Assembly (NCBI GenBank): GCA_951406725.2
Contig: OX597836.1
Span: forward strand, 4,712,001 to 4,776,000
Source: Octopus vulgaris
Lineage: Eukaryota
Reading direction: 5' to 3'
Length of the DNA: 64,000 nucleotides
Shown here: positions 44,758-59,925 of the stretch, piece after piece
Layout of the letters: every line of letters begins with the position of its first letter
How positions within the stretch are numbered: position 1 is the stretch's first letter
Position numbers and translations under genes: made by a program
Notes under the pieces: generated by a model
Told to the model about the DNA's origin: nothing
Seen by the model: the letters and a program-made list of their open reading frames with translations, nothing else
The model's database searches: none

Positions 44758-44920
44758 ATAGGTGCAGGCGTTGGTGAGTAGAGAGAGCTTTGGTTTCCAG
44801 TCCTAGAGTCCTTAGTTTAGTCCCTTTGCACGGTAGCTTGGGCCCTGGTGATTTACACTATAGCCCCGGAACAACGAAAGTCTTGTGTGTCGACTTGTTG
44901 ATGGCAAGTGGAAGACCATC
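44758..44920 (+). mobile_element. SINE family A, old 5' fragment
   Basis: taggtgcaggcg, agtccc.ttgca.ggtagcttggg, actatagccccgg. Confidence 0.65.
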
Positions 44921-45598
44921 ACATATATGCGTATATAAGTGCGTGTGTGTGCGTATGTGTGTTTTTGTGCCTAAGTCTATGCAATATATACATGCGAGTG
45001 TGTATGTGTATGTCTGTTTATATCCCCGACTGGTTGTGGTTTCATAGTGTGTGGAGGATCGCTGACTTGGGTGTTGTTTGGTGTTCTTCATTGGTAACCT
45101 AATTAAGACTTACATGCCAGTCTCTAGTTTTGGGAGTGTCTGCGGGTTCGAATTATGGTCTTAAATTTCATGAATATTTAGAGTAATCTTATTTAATATC
45201 TTACAAATACGGAAAATTGTCACCCAATAAACGTGAGGAGTGCAGAAATACATGTTATGATGCGTTAATACAGCTTAAGAATTTCCATAAGTTGTTACGG
45301 TCATTGTAAATAGATATATGCACGCTCCTCACACACAAGCAGACGCACACAGCAAGTGCGCTTTTATCTGCTTAGTCTGTTGGAGTATTTCAGCTGATCA
45401 AAATGTAAACTCTGTAAGGTGTATCTTGACCTGAACATCTTACACCCAAAACTACTGTAAATGCAAACTTATATTTTATATGTCTTGTAATTTTTTGTAA
45501 TTAAAATTGGGTTTGAAGTGAAACAATTGTAGGCAATGTCAAAGAGTTAATAAATTAATTTATATCCTTTGAACCTCATCACTTTCAAACTTACTAAT

Positions 45599-45638
<40 letters not shown>

Positions 45639-45642
<4 letters not shown>

Positions 45643-45835
45643 CGCAGGCGTGTCTGTGTGGTAAGAATACGCGCAGGCGTTGCTATGTAGTAAGAAGCTT
45701 GCTAACCAACCACATGGTTCCAGGTTCAGTCCCACTGCGTGGCACCTTGGGCAAGTATCTTCTACTATAGCCTCGGGCCGACCAAAGCCTTGTGAGCACA
45801 TTTGGTAGACGGAAACTCAAAGAAGCCCGTCGTTC
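45639..45835 (+). mobile_element. SINE family A 5' half with duplicated head (gcgcaggcgt twice)
   Basis: Family A motifs up to gaagcccgtcg, then (TACA)n. Confidence 0.9.
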
Positions 45836-46469
45836 ATATATATATACATACACACACACACAAATACATACATACATACATACATACATACAAACATACA
45901 TACATACATACATACATACATACATACATACATACATACATACATGCATACATAAGTGTGTGTGTTTGTTTATCTGTATCCATGTCCGACATTCAATCTG
46001 CTCCAATGGAACAACGGAATTAAAACGGGTCCGCCGCTCTAATTATCAATACGAACTCGCCGAGCATTCAAGGATTCCTATAAATACGCGTGCATCTGCG
46101 TGACGCCAGAGGGATAGAGAGAAGAGGGAACACTTGAGATAGGAAGAATAAACAACAGAAGAATCTGACAAAACTACAAGATGATTGATGAGCGGTTGAT
46201 AGATTTTTGTGTGTATGTGTATGTGTATGTGTGTTCGTTGCAATATGCGAGCGTATATGTAGAGTGAGTGTGTATGTGTGTGTTATGGCGTGACTGCAAT
46301 GTGTCGAATTGTAACGAAAGATGGAGCAACGCATTATTATATCGAACTTCATTTGTATGTCTGTGTCGATGCTAACACTGCTCTAAAATCGGTCGTTGTG
46401 TGTTTGGTTTAATTACGCTTCTTAACTTAGCGCGCCAGCAAATAGTTTCGATAAAATAAGTTACCCAGC

Positions 46470-46877
46470 ATAGGCGTAGGAGCGGTTGTGTGGTAAGTAG
46501 CTTCTTTACCGACAACAGGGTTTCCTGGTTCAGTCCATCTGCGTGGCACCTTAAGCAAGTGTCTTCTATTATAGCCTCGGGTCGACCAAAGCCTTGTGAG
46601 TGGATTTAGTAGATGGAAACTGAAAGAAGCACTTCGTATATATGTATATATATATATATGAGTGTATATGTTTGTGTGTCTGTGTTTGTCCCCTCAACAT
46701 CGCTTCACAACCGATGCTGGTGTGTTTACGTCACCGAAACATAGCAGTTCGGCAAAAAAGACCGATAGAATAAGTACTAGGTTTACAAAGACTAAGTCTT
46801 GGAGTCGATTTTCTCGACTAAAGGCGGTGCTCCAGCATGACCACATTCAAATTACTGAAACAAGTGAAAGAGTAAAA
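46470..46877 (+). mobile_element. SINE family A, full length
   Basis: Collinear with 59720-60135. Confidence 0.95.
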
Positions 46878-47104
46878 TATATATATATATATAGCATGGG
46901 GTAATGCGCTGTAACTGTTTGTCGATACATCCATCGCGCGGATGGAACCGTTTTATCGACAACACTCCTGCCCGCAGCTCTGTTTTGGAGTTTTATGAGG
47001 TCGAAGTGCAAATCCTGCCTCAAACATTTTTTTAACTGACTTTAACGATAGACAGAGGGAAGTTTGGGTTTATTTTTTGGCATACTGTTAACCACAACGT
47101 ATTA

Positions 47105-47233
47105 GAGAAACGTGAACCAATGTGTTTTTCTTAAGAACACAACACACCCTCGGTCCGGTCTAGTCCGGCAATCGAACCAATGAACTGCCGATCGTGTTGG
47201 CAACACCCTAACCATTATGCCATTGCCTCCACT
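47105..47233 (-). mobile_element. SINE family C 5' fragment
   Basis: Minus strand: ggaggcaatggcataatggttagggtg...ggttcgattgccgg (A and B boxes). Confidence 0.7.
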
Positions 47234-47861
47234 GGTAGAATAAGACAACAGAATATAATTATTACCATCAAATAGGATCGATGGGAACGACTATATAAGA
47301 ATGGCAGTGTTCGTAGGACAAGTGCCCTCACTATCGGCCTGCTTTCTTCCATTGGTATCGTATGCTGTGGATCTTGTCTTTGCGTTTACTTTCCAGAACC
47401 TTCTGCCCATCTAGGTCATTATTTTTCTTTTCCAAAGCGAACGATCAGATATCCCATAACAACCACAAAATTCTTGCAACTTTTCGTATGTAAAAATATT
47501 TAGAAAAGGGTACGATCAGACATTCAGTGGATATGGACGCCATGTCGCCGCTGCTAATGAATACAACCAATCATTCTCTCTCCTACACACACAATGCCGT
47601 GTGCACGCACACACACTGATATATACACACACATACACACACGCAAGCATGAACACTCGCACACACATATGTATAGATAGATAGATAGATAGATATAAAG
47701 ATAAGAGAATTACATACAAATACACACACACACATATGTATACGCGCACAAATGTATATATATATATATGCATGTATGTGTGTGTATATATATATATATA
47801 TAACGCGAAAATTATACAAAATGTATAAATAGACAATGAGTAAAGTACTGGCACCGTTATG

Positions 47862-47915
<54 letters not shown>

Positions 47916-47994
47916 GTATGTATGTTTGTATGTATATATATATTTATATGTATATATATATATATGTGTGTGTGTATATATATATATATGTATG

Positions 47995-48061
<67 letters not shown>

Positions 48062-48334
48062 AGAATTTATACAGAAAAGAGAAATACCTATATATATAGG
48101 GAGAGAGAAGGAGAGAAGAGGAGAGTGAGGAGAGGAAAAGAAAACTTGAGAGACTGTTCTTTGCGTGAGCGGGAGGGGGAGACCGTGTTCTGTTTTCTAT
48201 GAAATAATTCATTAAGGTTACCAACGGATGCACTTTTACATAAATTAGGCTGACCAATATACTTACGTCTAAGTTTTCCTATACAAGTATTAGTTTGTCT
48301 CTCCCCGCTCTCTGTCTGTCTGTTTGCCTCAGTC

Positions 48335-48374
<40 letters not shown>

Positions 48375-48797
48375 ACTCTCAGGAAATGAGTAATTGATTT
48401 CTGGTGGACAGGAAAAATGCGCAGAAATTACTCAGATAGATTGTTTATTATGGCTTTAGAGAGGAAAGCACGAGAAACAATGAAAGTTTTCTGATGTGAT
48501 TGAGTGCCGGAATGTCTTGTTCTTCACTTGACGTTATCCAGCTTTTTATCTTTACAGTCTTGTACTGTCTGTAATTGTCTGTCTCTCTCGCCATACTCCA
48601 AGGCAACGCTTTTTTTCAATTGTGTCTGCTAAAGCCAAGAGAGATGTCTCTGTATCGTGAGAGGGAAAAGGAAACTGCTGCACAAAAGTCCATCATTATT
48701 ACCATCATTCCTAGCATTGTTCCAATGCAGGAGTGGCTGCGTGGTAAGTACCTTGTGAGTGGATTTGGTAGACAGAAATTGAAAGAAGCCCGTCGTA

Positions 48798-48829
<32 letters not shown>

Positions 48830-48848
48830 CAGGGAGAGAGAGAGAAAC

Positions 48849-48900
<52 letters not shown>

Positions 48901-48982
48901 GTTTATATCTTCGTTTTGCAAGATTCTTGATGTGAATCCGTGAGTTGGAACAGATATTGTTGTATTTGGGGATGTCATGTCA

Positions 48983-49213
48983 ATTTAGCCAACGAAAATG
49001 CACGCACTATAAATACACTTGCTTCAGTTTTATTTTAAATAACTCCAACGAATTTTTGTGAAAGAGTTTTCAATTATGTTCATCAAACGTCAAGCTGAAC
49101 GCTAATGGAGAAAATAATTGAAAAGTCTTTCAAAAAAACGTTGGAATTTTATAAAATAAAGCTGAAGCAAGTGAATACCAAATATATAGAGCGCGTGTTT
49201 TCATTGGCTAAAT
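48983..49213. repeat. Diverged inverted repeat, arms about 100 bp
   Basis: atttagccaacgaaaa..cacttgcttcagttttatttt..ttttcaattat / ataattgaaaa..aaaataaagctgaagcaagtg..ttttcattggctaaat. Confidence 0.88.
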
Positions 49214-49649
49214 ATATTAGATAATGAGGGTGGAAATTGGTATCAATCACTTAACATCAATTTAAACTGGTGATCTAGCATATTTTAAAAAATCTGAAGA
49301 CTTAAAATTTATATTACAATTAATAAGAGAAATGACCACTAAAGTGGATTCCTAATATGCTAAAGATAGACGTCAAATCGCCTTATTACGAAGAGTGTGT
49401 TCTCAACAAAAATCTCAGCAAAAACGCTAGAGCAAGATGAATGAAAATATACAAAATAAAACGATTACCTACGTATCATGATATCATTGTTAACACTTGC
49501 ATAATGCAAATATCTGCAACTCTTCAGCGTAGTCTGTTGCGTTACATACCTATTTAACAGAAATATACACAGAAAAGTTCACCCGAAAGAAAACGCGTGT
49601 ACAGTTCTGCAGATAATATTAGGGGTTAACTTTCAAATATCTTCATTTT

Positions 49650-50020
49650 GGCGCTGCTGCGTGAAATTTTATATGGTGGACTTTCCAGTGGAATGAGACT
49701 ATAACTAACTGGAATCGATCGCAAAACCTGGGAGATTGAAGCTCAGAACAGGCCCGGCTGGCATCATTCAATCTCCTCTGTGACAGATCATTTTGAAACT
49801 GAACGAGTGAGGAAAGAGGAAGACAAACGACAAGAAAGAAAATGGCGGCTGCAACAACCGAAGCCTCCACCACGGATCCCCTGTGAATTTAGCAAAAGAC
49901 GCTTCCGTGCGAGAATTGGCGTCATTTGTCCATCAGAGACATAAACACGGACAGAGGGGAAACACGTGGTCAACAAGAAACGAAATAAGTCATCGGACAC
50001 ACGATAAAACGCCGCCGACG
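49650..50020 (+). mobile_element. 3' end of an RTE-clade LINE (ORF C-terminus with decayed C2H2-like knuckle) followed by (AGT/GGT)n tail
   Basis: EILYGGLSSGMR...GIDRKTWEIEAQNRPGW...EEDKRQERK...PCEFSKRRFRARIG..(frameshift)HQRHKH. Confidence 0.85.
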
Positions 50021-50035
50021 AGTAGCAGTAGTAGC

Positions 50036-50085
<50 letters not shown>

Positions 50086-50146
50086 TAGTGGTAGTAGTGG
50101 TGGTGGTGGTGGTGGTGGTGGTGGTTGCTGTTGTGTGGTGGTGGTG

Positions 50147-50195
<49 letters not shown>

Positions 50196-50334
50196 TAGTG
50201 GTAGTAGTGGTAGTAGTGGTAGTTACAGCAGCATTAACGCTCCCTAGTAAGTATGTAAAGATATATGGCGATGTATTTCTGTATGGTTTTGTGTGTGTGT
50301 GTGTGTGTGTGTGTGTTTAATGGTTGAGGCTTAC

Positions 50335-50404
50335 GGCGTGTGAACGTATGTCTCCGTGTTTTATGCATCTCGTAACACACCCACGTAGGCGCCTACTCGT
50401 GGCG
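50335..50404 (-). other. Candidate 70-nt exon, open in one frame: ATSRRLRGCVTRCIKHGDIRSHA
   Basis: ttgtttAG acceptor (weak tract), GTAAGC donor, CpG-rich island between (TG)n runs. Confidence 0.35.
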
Positions 50405-50487
50405 CTAAACAATCTACACTGCATCACATTATTGAATACTCTCAAGTTAATAGATAACGGTTTAAAGACATTACTCTGCAATATAGA

Positions 50488-50521
<34 letters not shown>

Positions 50522-50889
50522 TCTTGGTGTTCATGCATTAGATTATGTATGCGTGTGCATGTGTATATATGTGTGTTTGTGTACGTGTACACACTTACAT
50601 ATATGCGCCTGTGTGTATGGATAGATGTTTCCGGAATTTATGTGTGTAATCATATCTATATATACAATGTGTGTGTGTGTGTGTGATTGTATATGCATAT
50701 ATGTGGTTAGAAAACACGCAAAATATACAAAAAAAGGAAAAACAGAGAAAGATGAAGAGCAACAAGTAGGGCGTAATAGTTTGATGCTCAGGAAAAAATG
50801 GAAGGAGTCATTGACATTTCGAACCTACGCTCTTCTACAGATAAGAATGATGAGGGAAAACAGATAGAGAGAGGAAGAATGCGGAGAGT

Positions 50890-51430
<541 letters not shown>

Positions 51431-52094
51431 AAGAATGAGTGCCTTTTCCTGGTCTCTCACTTCGCTAAAAATGACAGTTAAAATTTTCTACACAAACTGA
51501 AAAAGTTGGCGATCATAATTGGTGTATTTTCTGTTTTCCGGGAAAAATATCTGCACAGTGTGAGTTGCCAGTGAGATAAACAACAACAACACCAAACCAC
51601 AAACATCCAACCCTAAACTGTCCATTTCTCTTTTCCCCCCAGATTCCTAAATATGTTAATTGTTGAATTCTGTGGGGAGGTCCACGGTTGGTTTGTAACC
51701 TTCGTAGGTCCTCCGAGACTTGAATCTTTGATGTCGTTAATGCTCCTCAGAAACCGCTGCAGGTAGAACAAGACTTGAGAATTGAATTATCAAACACCAT
51801 CAGTTGCTGAATTCCTCAACGTCTCTGTTGTTCTCTGTTATTAATAACGAAAATAATGACAATCAATTAACCATATTTTGTATAAATTGTTTGAAAAAAA
51901 TTACTCTGGAGGGCCGATTAGTTCTGGAATATTGAATCACTGAGAATTAAAACGTTGCAAATGCGTAGAAACTATCTTTATTTTTTCACCCATTTGGCTA
52001 CAGCCCGCCTCTGGCCTGAGGTCATTCGATCTCTAAAAGGTCCTAACGTATTTTTATAATCAATTATTTTGAAGAATTGCATTTTCTTTTTTTA

Positions 52095-52207
52095 ATTCTT
52101 TTTATTTGTCTCAGTTATTTGACTGCGGCCACGCTGGAGCACCGCCTTTAGTCGAACAAATCGAACACAGGACTTATCCTTTGTAGGCCTAGTACTTATT
52201 CTACCGT
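52095..52207 (-). mobile_element. SINE family A 3' fragment
   Basis: ttgactgcggccacgctggagcaccgcctttagtcga. Confidence 0.85.
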
Positions 52208-52959
52208 CCGGAGCGATGATGCACGACATTCGCAGAAGGTGCGGCGTACGGGGATTGAACGCGAAATTTCCGACATTGCAATGCGTGTTTCTGAACCAAG
52301 CACACATGAAACTATCTACTTAAGATATGCAGTGCATCAAAATCGAACACGAAACCCTGCATACACTAAGAGTAATTCTAAAACAAAAAACCCACGTGCG
52401 CATGCAATATAACTCACGTGAAACACTGCCTCCAGTTGTTCTTTCTCGGACCTCTTATCTTCTGGATCATCTTCCTATGAGTCTGTTGTGTCCCATGCAA
52501 GCATGAACCGGAGCCCGAACTCAAATTATCACCAACGAATATATTCGGGTTTACAGAGTTTATGGTTAATGTCACATTTCTTACTTAGATCACTGATTTG
52601 AAACACGCATGCCCACTCATTCATTTGTACATCTTCCATAAAAGACTCCATTGTTTCCTTACGAATAATTTTCAATTGACCGTATTAACTTATATCATTC
52701 TTCTATGAATATTAAACCAATCAGTTTGGCATCGATCAACTTTGGTTAAATCTGTCATCTCACTTATTTCTGAACTCTTAATATAATTGAGCTTATGTAT
52801 GTATATCTATATATGTATCCGAAAATTTGCCAGGTTCTCTCCCACCACCTAACATACTCTTCCCCAGTAATCCTTACCCAGTACAGCTTCTTACACCATT
52901 CTCTCTCTCTCTCTCTCTATTGCTTTAACAAAGGATATTCCATCTTACACATCTGTAAA

Positions 52960-53300
52960 GACGCAAAAGTAGCGGACAGTGAAAATATCAAAATATCTAT
53001 TGACAGTGAGAATATCAACGACAACATTACTCCCTGCAGCTGAGCAATGTTCAGAGAAGTCCAAATATTAGCAAAAAATATACACACAAATACGTCTCGC
53101 AACGAATAGAAACAATTACGTATAATAGTCTGTAAGCCTTCGGAGGTGGTCATATTTCTATCCAGCAGGTCTCACAAAAATATAGATACACGCGGTGCCT
53201 TCATTAGCGAGATGGAAAAGCGTCATACGGATGTTCTTACTCAATACATGGACTGTACTACCACTAAAAGAAATCCTGTCGATCTACATTTTGAATAGAT
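52960..53300 (+). pseudogene. Possible decayed RTE-like RT thumb remnant
   Basis: Frameshifted EQ..KY, AFG, YGC../TWT motifs in the expected order. Confidence 0.3.
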
Positions 53301-53496
53301 TCACAACAAAGTTCTATTCAACGAAATTACTATTAAGATATAAATTTAAATTCTACTCAGAGAAATGGAGTGATATAGTAATTATAGGAATAAATATTTC
53401 ACATCTGTATGGAAAATATTTATTTAGTGCAAAGCCATTATCACTAGATCTCAATATACTTAGATACATACCAACACACACAAACAAATATACACG

Positions 53497-53555
<59 letters not shown>

Positions 53556-53622
53556 ATATATATCCATTTATACATATATACACATAGATTTATAGATACA
53601 TGGATAAATATATATATATATA

Positions 53623-53670
<48 letters not shown>

Positions 53671-53760
53671 TTTTTTTTCAATCATAAAAAAATCTTTTAT
53701 CTCTTTGAAGATACATACGTTTCCAGGCTTTTCATGAGTTTTATTTCCGTCAATGAATTT

Positions 53761-53818
<58 letters not shown>

Positions 53819-54254
53819 CCATCATCACCATCATCATCATCATCATCTTGTTATTACTATTGTTCTTGTTGTTCTTATATTCTTGTTATTCCTCTTATGG
53901 TCTTCCCTCATTTTAAAACATCTTCCCCTTCTTTCCATCCATCAATGTTCTCTTCTTATCTCACCCTTTTCAGTCAATCGATTCCCTGATGCTGCTCTTT
54001 TGTGCATCCCAGCTCACGATAGAAAACGTTCCTCTCGAATTCACGACTAAATTCTTTCTCCGTGCGTAACAAACATTATTTTCTTTTTATATTTCACTTC
54101 AGATCTCTCAGTTCTTTCACGTTCTTAGATATTCCGTTCTGTCAATTCTCCTGTCTTTTTATTCCTTTTCGAAATCATATTCAATAATGCTCCTTGATTG
54201 ACTCTTCACTGTATTATATCTTTGCTTATCAGTGTCCACGTTCTCTCTCTCTCT

Positions 54255-54294
<40 letters not shown>

Positions 54295-54407
54295 CACTGA
54301 TTGTGTTATGGGAGAATCCTGAACACCCCCACGTGACTGAGGGTGGACTTACAGATTGAAATAAATAAAAAAACAGGTGACCTCGTAGGGGGAGTAGTTG
54401 ACGGTTT

Positions 54408-54881
54408 AATGGCGGCGAGCTGGCAGAAACGTTAGCGCGCCTGACGAAGTGCTTGGTGCTATTTCGTCTGTCTTTACGTTCTGAGTTCAAATTCCGCGAA
54501 GGTCGACTCTGCCTTTCATCCTTTCGTTGTCGATAAATTAAGGACCAATTGCGTACTGGGATCCATTTAATCGACTGGGCTCCTCCACCAAAATGTCGGT
54601 TTAGGGTTAGAGTAGAGTAGAAAATAATGTTTGCCGTCATACGACGGAGATCTGGCAGAAACGTTAGCACGCCGAGTAAAATGCTTAGCGGTATTTCGTC
54701 TGCCGTTACGTTCTGAGTTCAAATTCCGCAGAGGTCGACTTTGCCTTTCATCCTTTCGGGGATCCATAAATTAAGTACCAGTGAAACACTGAGGTCGATG
54801 TTATCAACAATCCCACCTGCCGACAAAATCCAGGCCTTGTGCCTATAGTAGAAAGGATTATTATTATTATCATTATCATCA

Positions 54882-54962
<81 letters not shown>
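54408..54962 (+). mobile_element. Two SINE family B copies, the second ending in a (TTA)n tail
   Basis: Heads near 54410 and 54645. Confidence 0.92.
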
Positions 54963-54965
<3 letters not shown>

Positions 54966-55157
54966 TAGTGTCGTTATTGATATTATTTCTACTTCAGATC
55001 TTCTTCGTTCATCTATCGATACGATTGTTGTAGAAATTGAAAACACTTTTAGATCAGATCAGTTCAGATGAGAGTCATTGATTTCCGCACTTAAAAGAGA
55101 TTCGCCATTAAAGATTTTCTGGTAAACTGTCAAACTTTTGTACATTCATGTGACTAC

Positions 55158-55223
<66 letters not shown>

Positions 55224-55379
55224 AAGGTGGTGGCGTCAGCGGTGGGGGTGGATGGAATAGTTAGAGACGCTGCTGGTGTCGCTGGTGTTGGTGTATTTGG
55301 TATTGGTTTCTGTGATTGCGTTGGGAATGGTAAAGGTGAGTAGCAGATGGTATGTTGGTGTCGGTGGTACAGAAAATAA

Positions 55380-55975
55380 AATTCTTTACTGCCAACAAGG
55401 AGCTCAACATAGAGGGGACAAACAAGGACAGACAAACGGATTAAGTCGATTACATCGACCCCAGTGCGTAACTGGTACTTAATTTTATCGACCTCGAAAG
55501 GATGAAAGGCAAAGTCGACCTCGGTAGAATTTGAACTCAGAACGTTGCGGCAGAAGAAATACCTAATTCTTTACTACCCACAAGGGGCCAAACACAGAGG
55601 AGACAAACAAGGACAGACAGAAGGATTAAGTCAACTATATCGACTCCAGTGCGTATCTGGTACTTAATTTATCGACCTCGAAAGGATGAAAGGCAAAGTC
55701 GACCTCGGCAGAATTTGAACTCAGAACGTTGCGGCAGAAGAAATACCTAATTCTTTACTACCCACAAGAGGCAAAACACAGAGGAGACAAACAAGGACAG
55801 ACAGAAGGATTAAGTCAACTATATCGACCCCAGTGCGTATCTGGTACTTAATTTATCGACCTCGAAAGGATGAAAGGCAAAGTCGATCTCGGCGGAATTT
55901 GAACTCAGAACGTAGCAGCAGACGAAATACGGCTATGCATTTCGCCCGGCGTGCTAACGTTTCTGCCAGCTCGCT
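55380..55975 (-). mobile_element. SINE family B trimer: one head plus three 184-bp bodies
   Basis: caga.gaaatac at 55551, 55735 and 55919. Confidence 0.95.
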
Positions 55976-56744
55976 ACAGAAAATAGTAGCGCAAGTTTGT
56001 ATTGGGATGGTAGGGGTTTTAGATGGATTTTCTCATCAGTGTTGTAACCGTTTGTTGTTTTGCTGCTATTGACCGTGTGTTGGTCTTATTGCTGTTTGTG
56101 GTAAAGTAGTGTGGTTGTGGTGAAGGTGATGGCTTTGAAATTTTTATATTTTTAAACGGAGAGTCATTTTTGAAACGTAGACCACCGCACCCATAACATG
56201 ATCCAGGTGAATTATTATATTTCCCTCTAAATACGCTGCTCCTTGACGGTTTCATCAGTAACGTGAGTTCAATTCTCGGAGTAGAAGGTCTGTTAGATTT
56301 TTGAGCAAGGCATGCGATTTCATGTTGCTTCAGATCCTTCGACGGAAAATGATTGTCAGTAATAGATCGGGCGGAGGGAAGTTAAGCGTGCAAAAGACTA
56401 GGGTCCCGTCCTGGTGGTTTCTTTCGCTCCCAGATGGTCAAACATGTTGTATGCCCTAAACAAGAATATCCACAACAACGTCTTTAACTGAAATCATTAA
56501 ACAGAAAAGCACAGTCAACTTTAGAGGGATTGAACCAAGAGCATAGTGAGCCAGATTAAACACCACAAGGCATTTCATTTGAGGACAGAACAAGACTGAC
56601 AATATGTAATGGCGACCGCTACTGCGGTTGTTGCTGTTGCTGTTTGCTTGTCTTTCTGTTTGTTGAGCGAAGCGGGCTTCGTCCCAGTGGGAGAAGTCCG
56701 AAACGTGGTCCTTTGCTATTCGTAAGACCCGCAGAAGAGAAAGC

Positions 56745-56812
56745 AGGGAATCGAAACCGCGATTCTCCGACCGCGAGTCCGCTGCCCTAACCACTGGGCC
56801 ATTGCGCATCCA
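56745..56812 (-). mobile_element. Isolated tRNA-like head of SINE family C
   Basis: Minus strand: gcgcaatggcccagtggttagggcagcggactcgcggtcgg...gtttcgattccc; near-identical to 63905-63972. Confidence 0.8.
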
Positions 56813-57521
56813 CTGCTGTTCCTGCTTCTGTCGTCATGGTCGTCGATAGACTGATGACTGAATGATTTTAGATATAATGTTAAAGGTGTTTCTATTTGCT
56901 CAAATCACAACACAGGTTTGCTTTTAATTATTTCAGATAAAACCTACTGGTTTGGTCCGCTTTATATGTTATTACTATTATCACTAACGTCCACAGCACT
57001 GTTGCCGTGTATGTCCGGTCACGCTGCTTTCTCGGATTCCCACGAGTCTCTGTTGCCATCCAATTCTATTAAGCATTAAATTGGAACCTCGAGTTATTAT
57101 AAATCTTTCATTAGCTGATTACACAACGATGGACTCCGCTCCAATGGACCCGTTGCAGTTAATCTCTTCATAGACCTTGGAGATCCTAGCAGGTTAATCA
57201 TTTAATATTCTTCAGCTCAGTATCAATGTTAGAAACAGCGTGGGCTCAGTTCAGCTCTTCCACTATCTCTTCACAATCCGCCATGATGCACGCCCATGAG
57301 TTGGCCATACGTTGCCCGGGCATTGTGGCTGAGCGGTTGCAATGCTCTGCCAAAAGGCAGCCCTTAACACCGTGAGGTATTTTTGAGATTTCCCCAAACA
57401 CACAGCTCATCCGCTGCCTCCTCACAATTCGCCTTGCTGCAATCTCATGATATCACTATGTTCCCCCGGCAGTGTGGCTGGACGGGTGGTATACCTTGCT
57501 AAAGGACAGTCCATGACTATA

Positions 57522-57757
57522 AAGGCGGCGAGCTGGCAGAAACGTTAGCGCGCCGGGCGAAATGCTTAGCGGAATTTCGTCTGTCGTTACGCTCTGAGTT
57601 CAAATTCCGCCGAGGTCGACTTTGCCTTTCATCCTTTCGGAGTCGATAACTAAGGTACCAGTTACACACTGGGGTCGATCTGATCGACTTAATCCCTTTG
57701 TCTGTCCTTGTTTTCCCCCCCCCCTATGTTTAGCCCCTTGTGGGTAGTAAAGAAATA
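57522..57757 (+). mobile_element. SINE family B monomer (reference copy); central segment resembles the Meta-SINE domain
   Basis: A box TGGCAGAAACG, B box GAGTTCAAATTC, ggtcgactttgcctttcatcctttcggagtcgataa; domain name recalled, not searched. Confidence 0.92.
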
Positions 57758-58167
57758 TATGTAGTGACTGGTCGTTACTCCATGAGGTATTATTCTGGAT
57801 ACACGCTTTCCCACATCTCTTCCGCAACCTCTTTCACAAGCTACCATGCTGCTCTCCCGTTGCTTCACCGTATCCCTCACAGGGTGACTGAACAGATGCA
57901 ATGCTTTGACAAAAGACCACCCGTAACTGTGCACGGCCAAGTCATCACTCCGTTAGGTAGTTTTCAAAGTGTCCCTATAACCTGGGCTTGGTATATAGTA
58001 CTATCTGATCTTACCGTAGTGTTAAGGGGTATGGAGTAGTAGCCTGTAGTTGAGTGCAGTGGTAGCAGAGTGGCAATAGTGGTGTGGTGGTGTGAAAGTG
58101 TTGTAACTCTGGGTTGAGACGGTGCCGTCTAGTGGTGATCATGTCAGCTACTGCAGTGATGCATAGT

Positions 58168-58423
58168 TGTGGTGGTGGTGGTGGTGGTGGTGGTGTTGAT
58201 GGTGGTTGTAGCTGCTATGTAGTGATAGTAGTAGTAGTAGTAGTAGTAGTGGTAGTAGTAGTAGTAGTAGTAGTAGCAGCAGTAGTAGCAGCAGCAGCAG
58301 CAGTAATAGTAGTAGTAATGATGGTGGTAGTGTTGGTGGTAGTAGAAGTAGTAGTGATGGTGGTAGTGGTGGTGGTGGTAGTAGTAGTAGTAGTTATGGT
58401 GGTAGTGGTGGTGGCGGTATTAC

Positions 58424-58467
<44 letters not shown>

Positions 58468-58470
58468 ATG
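58168..58470. repeat. (GGT/GTA/GCA)n triplet repeat
   Basis: Directly visible. Confidence 0.97.
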
Positions 58471-59203
58471 AATTCAACCCGCAACAGATCGGACGAGATC
58501 GATTAAAGTGATAATCAGAGACATTCCAACCATGACTCTCTCGCCATTTTTCTTTTCACGTACCTCTAATTGCCAATACATCATTAATTTTCCGTCATTA
58601 ACCGGGACACCGTTGAGGTTAAATTCGGTGCTATTTCGCGTAGATCCACTCTCCCCTTTAATGATCACCAATGTTTATGTTAACCAAAAGGCAAAGGAGA
58701 ACATGCCACGTGATTACTCAGCTTGCTAGAAATAGCAGCACGTCCTCCTCATATGACTTTCTATTGTCGTAAACAAAGATGTCACAACAGAAATTGTAAT
58801 TGTAAATAAGTGTAATAGCCATAGCTGGAACGTCTTGGATCTTAAATTTCTAGGAAATAGGATGAGCGAATATTCTACAACAAAAATACCAACAACAAGT
58901 ATAATGTTCCGATATTAATGTCCAAACATAGCATACTGTTGAAGTGATTCATTTTTACGATTCCACCAGGAATTGTGGAATTCCTATCGAAGAATTCCAA
59001 GAACGCGGATATACCGGTCCCTTTCCACCAGCTTCTGTCTGACCAATAATTTCGATCAATTTCTCACAAACAGACCGCCGCCAAGAAGTTCTTCTCTTTT
59101 CTCCATCTGTCTATTGCCCTCCCTCCTCTCTCTCTCTCCCTTCCTTATTCTCTCTCTCTCCTTCACTCTATCTCCTTTCCTGTCTCTCCTCTAAATATGT
59201 ATG

Positions 59204-59261
<58 letters not shown>

Positions 59262-59270
59262 CATACATAC

Positions 59271-59325
<55 letters not shown>

Positions 59326-59402
59326 TTGCATGTATGTATGTATGTATGTATGTATGTATATATATATATATATATATATGTATATACATACATACATGCA
59401 TA

Positions 59403-59464
<62 letters not shown>

Positions 59465-59719
59465 TGTGCTCAAACGTGTACGATGTGGTGTGTGTGTGTG
59501 TGTATGGCTGTATGATAGGAATATCCGTATGTCCGCATGTGTGTGCGCGCGCGTGCGTGCTTATGTGTGTGTATTACTAAAAGTGTAGAACACATGAAGA
59601 AATCAATCCTCTACTCATATCACAAGAAATTAAGGTTATTTTCGATTTTGATACTTGTATGATCCTTGACCCAGTTTCCAAATGTCCTTCCGTTTCAGTA
59701 TATTTCATATATATATATA

Positions 59720-59887
59720 ATAGGCGCAGGAGTGGCTGTGTGGTAAGTAGCTTGCTAACCAACCACATGGTTCTGGGTTCAGTCCCACTGCGTGACATCT
59801 TGGGCAAGTGTCTTCTGCTATAGCCCCGGGCCGACCAATGCCTTGTGAGTGGATTTGGTAGACGGAAACTGAAAGAAGCCTGCCGTA

Positions 59888-59925
<38 letters not shown>

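Noticed and set aside
55380-55975. CRISPR-like or satellite array
   Set aside because: Units are whole 184-bp SINE bodies without unique spacers; eukaryotic context
56240-56265. CTGATGAAAC on the minus strand (also 22961-22980 and 56030-56042)
   Set aside because: No stem II between the core halves; compatible with chance or a deleted motif
56660-56712. Stem followed by GAAACGTGGTC, like a hammerhead 3' half
   Set aside because: No CUGANGA upstream
56745-56812. tRNA gene
   Set aside because: No proper acceptor stem or T-run terminator; the same head leads into SINE body at 63972
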